Source: Tubiluchus corallicola
Lineage: Eukaryota; Animalia; Priapulida
Direction of reading: 5' to 3'
Assembly (NCBI GenBank): GCA_030141605.1
Contig: JAQGDQ010001286.1
Location: 1 to 49,691, forward strand
DNA: 49,691 nt
Shown here: positions 42,282 to 49,691 of the stretch, one piece after another
How positions within the stretch are numbered: position 1 is the first letter of the stretch
How the letters are laid out: each line of letters begins with the position of its first letter
Translations under genes and position numbers: made by a program
Notes under the pieces: model-generated
What the model was told of the DNA's origin: nothing
Databases searched by the model: none
What the model saw: only the letters and a program-made list of their open reading frames with translations

Positions 42282-42741
42282 GTAAGTTTCATTTTAACTA
42301 ATGTCTTCGGCCTTGAAATGTCTTCTAGTTACACCTAGAAGTTCAATAAAAAGGTGCATCAAAATAGTGTCACTTCTGTTAAAAAGAAAAGGTTATTTTA
42401 AGTCACAATTTTTCTTCCATTGGAAATAAAACAGAACCGAAGTTTATCTTGGGCTAAAGCAATAGATACCTTCTTTTTGGTACCCATTAGCAGCTATTTG
42501 GGCTATCAGTAGCGTTATTCTGTAGTATTCACAAATTTTTAGCGGTTATTGAATTTCATCAACAAAATAGAGCATTAGCCAGAGCACGTTTATTATACAT
42601 ATATTTGCTAATACTAATCCAAAGTGTTCTCTGTTTTACTAAATACACCTGGTTTTGTATTGCGATCACAATCTAGGGATAACGTGCTGTAAAAGTACGT
42701 CGCAACATAAATTCAGGCAAAAACAAAATTATCCATTACAG

Positions 42742-42942
42742 TTTAATCATTTTCCTGGGACAAAAGAGACAAGGAACACCCGGAAAGACGTATTCTGGCG
42801 CAACGTTAAACGCTTTCGCTCTATACATGGAGACAATGATTTTGACTTTGTACCCCTTACGTTCATCCTTCCAGAAGACATGGATGAATTTCAAAATTAC
42901 TGGACGAATAATTCGGACAAAGGCACATGGATCTATAAACCA
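42742..42942 (+). CDS. TTLL4: TTLL4-like exon
   Basis: Encodes FNHFPGT...RKDVFWRN...FVPLTFILPED...WIYKP; donor gtaagt. Confidence 0.95.
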
Positions 42943-42988
42943 GTAAGTGTGTTTCAAACCATATTTGGGCAGATTTTGATTTCTCTAA

Positions 42989-43346
42989 AATAAGCCTTTC
43001 ACAGTTTCTTTGTGCGCACGCGCAGTTGCTGTAGGTCAAAGGTTACGTGTAACACAGCAACGCCTGTTAACTACAACCCACACGTGACATGTAACTTCAG
43101 CTGCTTTACGTGGACTTTACTTAATTATGTATTAGTCTGTGCGTAGAGTGATTTACTAACAGAATCTTGTAGGGAATAAGAAAAAATGGCCTAGGTAAGG
43201 TTCCAGCTAGATGTTAAAACTGTTATTATTACAACAGCATGGGCTGCGAGGCGTTGCCAAGTGTACACAAATGCGTTTTTTGGTACACCCAACCTTTGGC
43301 ATTTCCACGATCACCATCAATCGCTGGAACTGTGAAAAGGCTTATT
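42989..43346 (+). mobile_element. MITE family F copy (intronic)
   Basis: TIRs AATAAGCCTTTCACAGTT / AACTGTGAAAAGGCTTATT. Confidence 0.85.
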
Positions 43347-43448
43347 AGCCAAACACTCAAGCACCTGTGTATCTTCAGTATAAGTCAATCTATACAAATA
43401 ACTGAATAAAAAATTATGTATCACTGAAATGTTCTGTTTTGCTTTCAG

Positions 43449-43528
43449 TTTGGTTCGTCTGGAGGTAAAGGGGTGACCTTAATTAACACTTGGGATCAAG
43501 TTCCACCTGGGGAGAATATCATTCAACG
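43449..43528 (+). CDS. TTLL4: TTLL4-like exon
   Basis: tttcag|TTT. FGSSGGKGVTLINTWDQVPPGENIIQR parallels PASARGIGIQVIHKWSQLP...VQR. The donor is phase 2. Confidence 0.9.
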
Positions 43529-43789
43529 GTTACTTTTCAATTTTTTTACGTTACACAAAAAATTTATTTTACTGCATAAACAGATTACTTACTGAAAAAC
43601 AGCTGTTTCAGCTGAACCTTAAATTATTAGTACAAAAAATGTGTTATGTAATAAACGTCAGAAATGCAAAAAACTTCAAGCAGTTTGCAAAAAATTGAAA
43701 TTTGACACGCATCCTTTACTTAAAATGTCCAAAGTACGTATATAACTGCTTTGTGTGTGCGTTTCTTTTTTGTGTTCAAGAAACAAGAT

Positions 43790-44400
43790 ATTTTAACTTC
43801 AAAAAGCTAACAACGTAGGATTTTTTGCTACACTTTAGTCGCATAGTTGACACATAACCATCACTATTTTAATAAATCAACAGACAACAAGAATTAATTA
43901 TGACTGCTATCTAAAACAAAGACTCGAATATTATGAACAAAACGTTGCTTCTTTTCAGGTAATAATATTAATATTAACTTTGATATAAGGTTGATTCTCT
44001 CTAACTAAACTAACATTTTATACGAAGCTCGTTATAATTGAAGAGAAATGCTTAGTCCCGTTTTTTTTCATCGATCAAAATCAACAATAATTATCATGAT
44101 TTTAGTTAGAATTGTTGTGTGTCCAGTATTTTACTGAGATTTAAAGCAATGTTTATCCTTTAAACTGACATTAGGTTGCATAATTACATTATATTATTTG
44201 GACCCAACGTAGACGTACAGGTTTGCTCAAAATACTAATGATAATTAAAACAGCTAAAAGGAAACAGCGTTTTGTCCATAATATCCGAGTCTATAGATAG
44301 CAGTCAAAATTGTTGTTGTTTGTTGATTATTATGGGCTGACAATTTTTAACTAAAATGTAGCAAAAAGTGCTGGGTTGCTTTCTTTCTGAAAGTTGAAAT
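43790..44400. repeat. Long imperfect inverted repeat (foldback remnant) in an intron
   Basis: 43790-43965 is approximately the reverse complement of 44250-44400, e.g. gactcgaatattatgaacaaaacg versus cgttttgtccataatatccgagtc. Confidence 0.7.
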
Positions 44401-44583
44401 ATTATGAGTGCCTTAAAATATACATAATGTCACAAATATGAACGTTCAATTGTGCCAAGAAACAGAAAATTATTTGAACAAATACCTCTGTTATGTATTT
44501 ATACACAAGAAGACGTTATACATTGGCTAATTCAGCTGCTACAATTTATTGTTCAATTTTCTTTCTCAGACTAACTCATCCTT

Positions 44584-44651
44584 AGTTTAGATATCCTATG
44601 GCATTACCTGAGACAAAGAAGAGTTGACACGAATACAATTTGGAAGAAAAT
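44584..44651 (+). pseudogene. Misplaced partial copy of the 46265-46363 exon
   Basis: Reads SLDILWHYLRQRRVDTNTIWKKI, against SLDTLWHYMRQRGVDTNTVWKKI in the true exon. Confidence 0.85.
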
Positions 44652-44770
44652 AGTTGTTAAGAATTTTTTTACAACTACGACTAGTATTAGCGTTCAAACA
44701 AAAGCGAATTGTTAACCAGTATGTCGCTGATGTTATTCGTATTATGATAAATGATGCGTTTTTTTTTCAG

Positions 44771-44899
44771 GTATATATCACAACCTTATCTAATTGACAA
44801 ACATAAGTTTGATTTAAGATTATATGTTTACATTCCTTCATTGGAACCACTACGAATGTACATCTATGACAATGGAATTGCTCGATTTGCATCTAAGGC
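44771..44899 (+). CDS. TTLL4: TTLL4-like exon
   Basis: Encodes YISQPYLIDKHKFDLRLYVYIPSLEPLRMYIYDNGIARFASK, containing the KFDLR and GxxRFA motifs. Confidence 0.95.
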
Positions 44900-45013
44900 G
44901 TAAGTAATAAGTACCTAGGATTAATAATACCAACTGTATGTTACACAAAATGTTTACATGCAAACTTCGGTAATTTTATCTGTAGTAACATCAATAATGT
45001 TATTGTATCTTAG

Positions 45014-45145
45014 ATATTCTTCAGCTGTGAACGATCAAGAAGATATAATGAGACACATCACTAATTGGGGTAAAAACAAGGACAATTCCAAACCAGAAAT
45101 CGATGAAAAAGAAATGCCCAATATTGCTAAACATGGCATTAGATG
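45014..45145 (+). CDS. TTLL4: TTLL4-like exon
   Basis: Encodes YSSAVNDQEDIMRHITNWGKNK...HGIRW, a variant of the HLTNYS motif; tag|A ... TG|gtaag. Confidence 0.9.
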
Positions 45146-45774
45146 GTAAGACCTATCGAATTTACCAAATTTGTAAATTTTGACTTTGACTTTGATCTTA
45201 AAGCAAAACCGAACCCATTGTTAAACTGTAGGTCAAAACAATCTACTCTTTAAAATATTGTTAGGAAACATAATATTTTTTTTTAAAAATGACTTACGTG
45301 AAAGAATTATTATCACACAAACACAATTTCGAGTTCGAGCCACTAGTTCTTGCATGTTACGTGCATTTCGCCATTCGCTAGCTAGACGGGCACTAGCGTC
45401 TGCATTTCGAAAACGCATTACATAAAAACAGGTGCTGTACCTCTCAGTTCAAATGTGGTACCTTCTGACGAACTACACACGTCCAACAGCTCATGCGTGA
45501 GCACAGTGGTAAATTTGAAATTTGAATTTTTATCTTAAAACTTACCTAGTTTTAGCAGGACACATTTAATCTCTTATAGTAACAGTAGCACTAGACTTCA
45601 ATTTTCGCTTTCGCAAGCATGCGCAACAAGCTGATGGAAGGTTCCTGCTGTTGAAAAGCATGTTAGTGTGTGACATCAATAATTGGGCTCACCCGTTAAG
45701 TTTTTAATCTGTTATTTAACTGTCAAAAACGCTTTTGCAGTATTAATTGTGTTAAAATGTTATCTTTTTATTAG

Positions 45775-45885
45775 ACTTGAAAATGGGGTAGTATATGAAA
45801 AATCATCCTGTCTTCCTTTAATGTATACTTTTTATCGGACTTGAAAATGGGGTAGTATATGAAAAATCATCCTGTCTTCCTTTAA
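45775..45885 (+). repeat. Short tandem duplication (63-bp period)
   Basis: 'gacttgaaaatggggtagtatatgaaaaatcatcctgtcttcctttaa' occurs twice. Confidence 0.9.
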
Positions 45886-46016
45886 ATTTTCGTATTGCAA
45901 TTATTTATAATCTTAATTTCAAGTTTGTCCATTCCATGGAGTAATCACAAAGACGTGTTAAATTCTCTTAACCAACGTTTGACCAAAGAACTGAGACGTG
46001 AGAAAGTTATAATTGA

Positions 46017-46072
46017 TCTGGATTTGAACCAGGACCGTTAGATTTCAAGCAACGCCATTACCAATGGGCGGC
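46017..46072 (-). mobile_element. tRNA-derived SINE head remnant
   Basis: - strand gcccattggtaatggcg...ggttcaaatccag contains A-box- and B-box-like motifs. Confidence 0.4.
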
Positions 46073-46264
46073 GTGTTTTATTGTATTCGAATCGTAGTTT
46101 AATTTAAGCTTAACAGTCTCGGCACCACCCAAACTAACATTTCTAAGTGGCTAGAGTAATTAGTAACTTACTAAATTAAATTTACATTGCACAAGACCAT
46201 TTAAATAAACCGAGTCATTGCAATAATGCTAAACAAGAGTTTTAATCTTCTCATTGTTCTGAAG

Positions 46265-46363
46265 GAGTTTAGATACCCTATGGCATTACATGAGACAAAG
46301 AGGAGTTGACACAAATACGGTTTGGAAGAAAATTCAAGACGTGGTCATAAAACAATTTCTTAG
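46265..46363 (+). CDS. TTLL4: TTLL4-like exon
   Basis: SLDTLWHYMRQRGVDTNTVWKKIQDVVIKQFL parallels ALKALWNYLSQKGVNSDAIWEKIKDVVVKTII; donor gtaagt. Confidence 0.92.
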
Positions 46364-46724
46364 GTAAGTATTTTTGTTTAGTAATTGTGAATGTACTTCT
46401 TTAATTGTTCAAAGAAGTAATGTAGATAGAATCGTTATAAAAACGCCGAAATGTAACAAATCTTAAAGCCGGACCCAATCGTAAACTGTAGGTCAAAACA
46501 ATCTATTGTGTTAAACAATCTGGGTCAAAATATTGAAAAGAAACATACTTTTTTTCGGAAATGACTTACGTGTCTTGACTTATAGCGGTGCAGAACTTCG
46601 TTGTCATTTACAATGTGTACGCATTTTAACATCGCTAAACCTTAAATTTTAGTTTAAAATTTTTGCACTAATATTATTTGCACATCTGGTTACAAAATAA
46701 ACTAAAGCTACTACACGCATATAT

Positions 46725-47285
46725 ACAGGTGTGGCTGAGAGATTCTCTTGCTGCTTTATTACAATAGAGATGATTTAGATATATTACAACAATGTTCAAT
46801 TTACTATGGTAGAGCAAATAAATTACTCATGAAATTTACTCACTGTTCAGTTAACGTGAAGAGACAATTGTTTAATACTTACTGCACTACTTTTTATTGT
46901 ATGTCCACTCGGAGACATTTTTATTCTTACAATCTTAGCAAACTCAAGGTTGCATATAATGTATCAACACGAAAGCTGTTTAACTTTTCATATGATACCA
47001 GCGCTAGATATATTTCTACTAGACTTAATCTTATTTGATGTGATTCAGAGAAAATGTGCATACAGTTTATACGTCAGGCTGAATAACAGTGAAAATTTTA
47101 TATGCAAGTGAACATTTTAAACAGTGATGCAAACTTTACTTCTGTAATCAGACGTCATTGGCGTAGTTTGTTATATAGTTAATTGTTATTTGTGTTACTG
47201 TTGTGTTTCATGACTTATTGTTTTATTTGTATTAATTTGTGATGTGTATATGAACTTTGTAAAGTTTGAAATAAAATATTAAATC
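46725..47285 (+). mobile_element. 3' fragment of a non-LTR retrotransposon (intronic)
   Basis: DDLDILQQ..YGRANKLLMKFTHCSVNVKRQLFNTYCTTFY...KLKVAYN..RKL is a typical post-RT LINE motif. It ends with AATAAA at ~47270. Confidence 0.75.
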
Positions 47286-47342
47286 CAAAATTACTTATCT
47301 AGATGATGGTAGCCTAAAAAGAAATTAACATATTTACATTAA

Positions 47343-47759
<417 letters not shown>

Positions 47760-48235
47760 TAATTCATCTTATGCGTTGTAAATTTACAAAAGTTGCTGTA
47801 TAGTTATTTCTTTTTCACTCTTGATGTTAATTTTGCTCTTGTTGTTCATACTTTACATCAAATTACTGGTCCGTTCAACATGTTTATTGAATGTTTGTTG
47901 AGCATAGACGATCGTTTCGACTGTAATAGTCATATTCAATACTATAAATCAAGCCAAAAAAGGGTAGTATGCACTTCCGGTATTTCACAGGGTCATTGTA
48001 ATATCGAAAGTACTGGTGGCGCTAAAAATTCATTACATACAATCCCCTTTTGGGCTTGATTTATAATATTGATACAGACTGTCGCAGTCGATACGCTCAA
48101 TAAACATGTTCCCGTAGGCTGGCTCTTTCATGTATGTACTGTGTACATTCATTTGGCGTCATCCACAGCCACAAATAATGCGCGTACATTCCGTAGGTAC
48201 ATGTTGACTTTAACTCTTTGTATGTTTATTACCAG

Positions 48236-48340
48236 CATAGATGCACACGCCCTAGAAGAAATTTTCAAATTCAAACTGGCGCGAGATGTACTAACTCTGG
48301 CAGGAATTCGAATGTCGACGTTGACATCACTAGCTACACG
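48236..48340 (+). CDS. TTLL4: TTLL4-like exon
   Basis: IDAHALEEIFKFKLARDVLTLAG parallels LHSSSPLDISIKGQMIRDLLNLAG; accag|C ... CG|gttagt. Confidence 0.85.
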
Positions 48341-48424
48341 GTTAGTGTTAATCCCTTACCTATATCGTAAACTGATTTTTAACGATTTATTTTCATTTTA
48401 TGCATATTATCACTGTATGTCTAT

Positions 48425-48457
<33 letters not shown>

Positions 48458-48629
48458 CTAACAAAAACACTAGAGAAAAACACACGCAGCCAGCAGTTCA
48501 ACATTAATTCAATTTAGATGTTTAGCTTTCGGTACATGTCATCGGAACAAAGCAGTTGACTAAGGGAAATATTGCGAATGCATGTAACACACTGAATTAA
48601 TTAAATTTCACATTTTGTCTTTTTTACAG

Positions 48630-48723
48630 CCATAATTCTGTTGCCACGCCAGACAGGCATCCCAGACTTGCTCCGTATGAGGAAGAAAAACGTTACTACT
48701 TTGCAAACTTGGCTTCCGAAGAT
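48630..48723 (+). CDS. TTLL4: TTLL4-like exon
   Basis: tttttacag|C. Encodes HNSVATPDRHPRLAPYEEEKRYYFANLASED, and its phases join both neighbouring exons. Confidence 0.75.
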
Positions 48724-49271
48724 GTACATTAAGTCTTTCAATTCTTATTTTAAATACAATATTTACTTAATAAATTTGATCTCCGTCTGTTTCTAGAAAG
48801 GCATTCAAGTCACTAGCATGAATCCAAGATCATTTCCCTCCTCTTGTAATAACTGATGGACTTATGTTCTCTCCCTTTTTGAGTTCTTATCTGATCATTC
48901 TTTCAGCACTTTTCTTTTTCAGTAGTGATTCCTAAGACAATTTTCCTACAGTAATCTATGAAACTAAATTATTTTAATTAATTATATTTAACTGCTAATT
49001 ATTGTTAAATTTTTATTTTTAAATTATTTTATTTGATATATAATGTAGCCTGTTTGTATTCGATTAATACCCAGATATATTGTTGAGTTATTTGTGCTTT
49101 ATTTGGCGCCATCGAAAGAATAAAGAAGACGATAACGAAATCGCTATACAAAAACTGTCACCCATCAATTAACTAACCAGACCCAACTTTTATAACTTCT
49201 GCAGCCAAGCACACACTCAGAAATGTTACCGTGCTGCCTATAAATTTCTTATTATTATTATATTTTGTTAG

Positions 49272-49482
49272 GAAATCAGAACGAAGATTCTTAACGTTCT
49301 CACTCCAGCTGATGTACGTGAGTTAGTAGAAGCTGAAGACGAGTACAATCGACGCGGAGGTTTCCAGCGCATCTTTCCCAGTCCAACATCAGACAAATAT
49401 TCAAAATATTTCGAGACGAAACGCTACAGTAACTTGTTACTTGATGCATGGATCAAAAAATATCACAACAATCCCGAAAAAG
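49272..49482 (+). CDS. TTLL4: TTLL4-like exon (last one visible; may read through to TAG at 49512-49514)
   Basis: ILNVLTPADVRELVEAEDEYNRRGGFQRIFPS...YFETKRYSNLL..W..KY is the C-terminal motif shared by TTLL4/5-type enzymes (LTPDDVR..EDEFSRRGQFERIFP). Confidence 0.93.
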
Positions 49483-49556
49483 GTGATGATTATTGCACAA
49501 AATTTTTGAAATAGGCACCTTGCAAAGGGGCACGGAAGGAGTTCTACTGTAAAGCC

Positions 49557-49691
<135 letters not shown>

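Overview
AT-rich, repeat-dense eukaryotic genomic DNA, probably from an invertebrate animal. (1) The + strand at ~39.4-49.5 kb carries a spliced TTLL4-like ATP-grasp ligase gene. I traced 11 TTL-domain exons by hand (41305-49482), all with phase-compatible GT-AG junctions. A phase-matched upstream exon (39422-39491) would add a signal-peptide-like N-terminus in place of the usual long TTLL4 extension, and several specificity residues are unusual. This suggests a secretory-pathway TTLL-type ligase and is the most interesting signal. (2) The - strand carries a signal-peptide exon resembling a TGF-beta prodomain (23581-22876). About 18 kb downstream lies a phase-compatible but decayed exon resembling a TGF-beta cystine-knot ligand domain (4780-4357). 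(3) The rest is MITEs (hAT-, Tc1/mariner-, Kolobok- and Harbinger-like), LINE 3' fragments, SINE remnants, 139-bp and 47-bp tandem arrays, microsatellites and local duplications. All homology calls come from recalled motifs; no database search was run.
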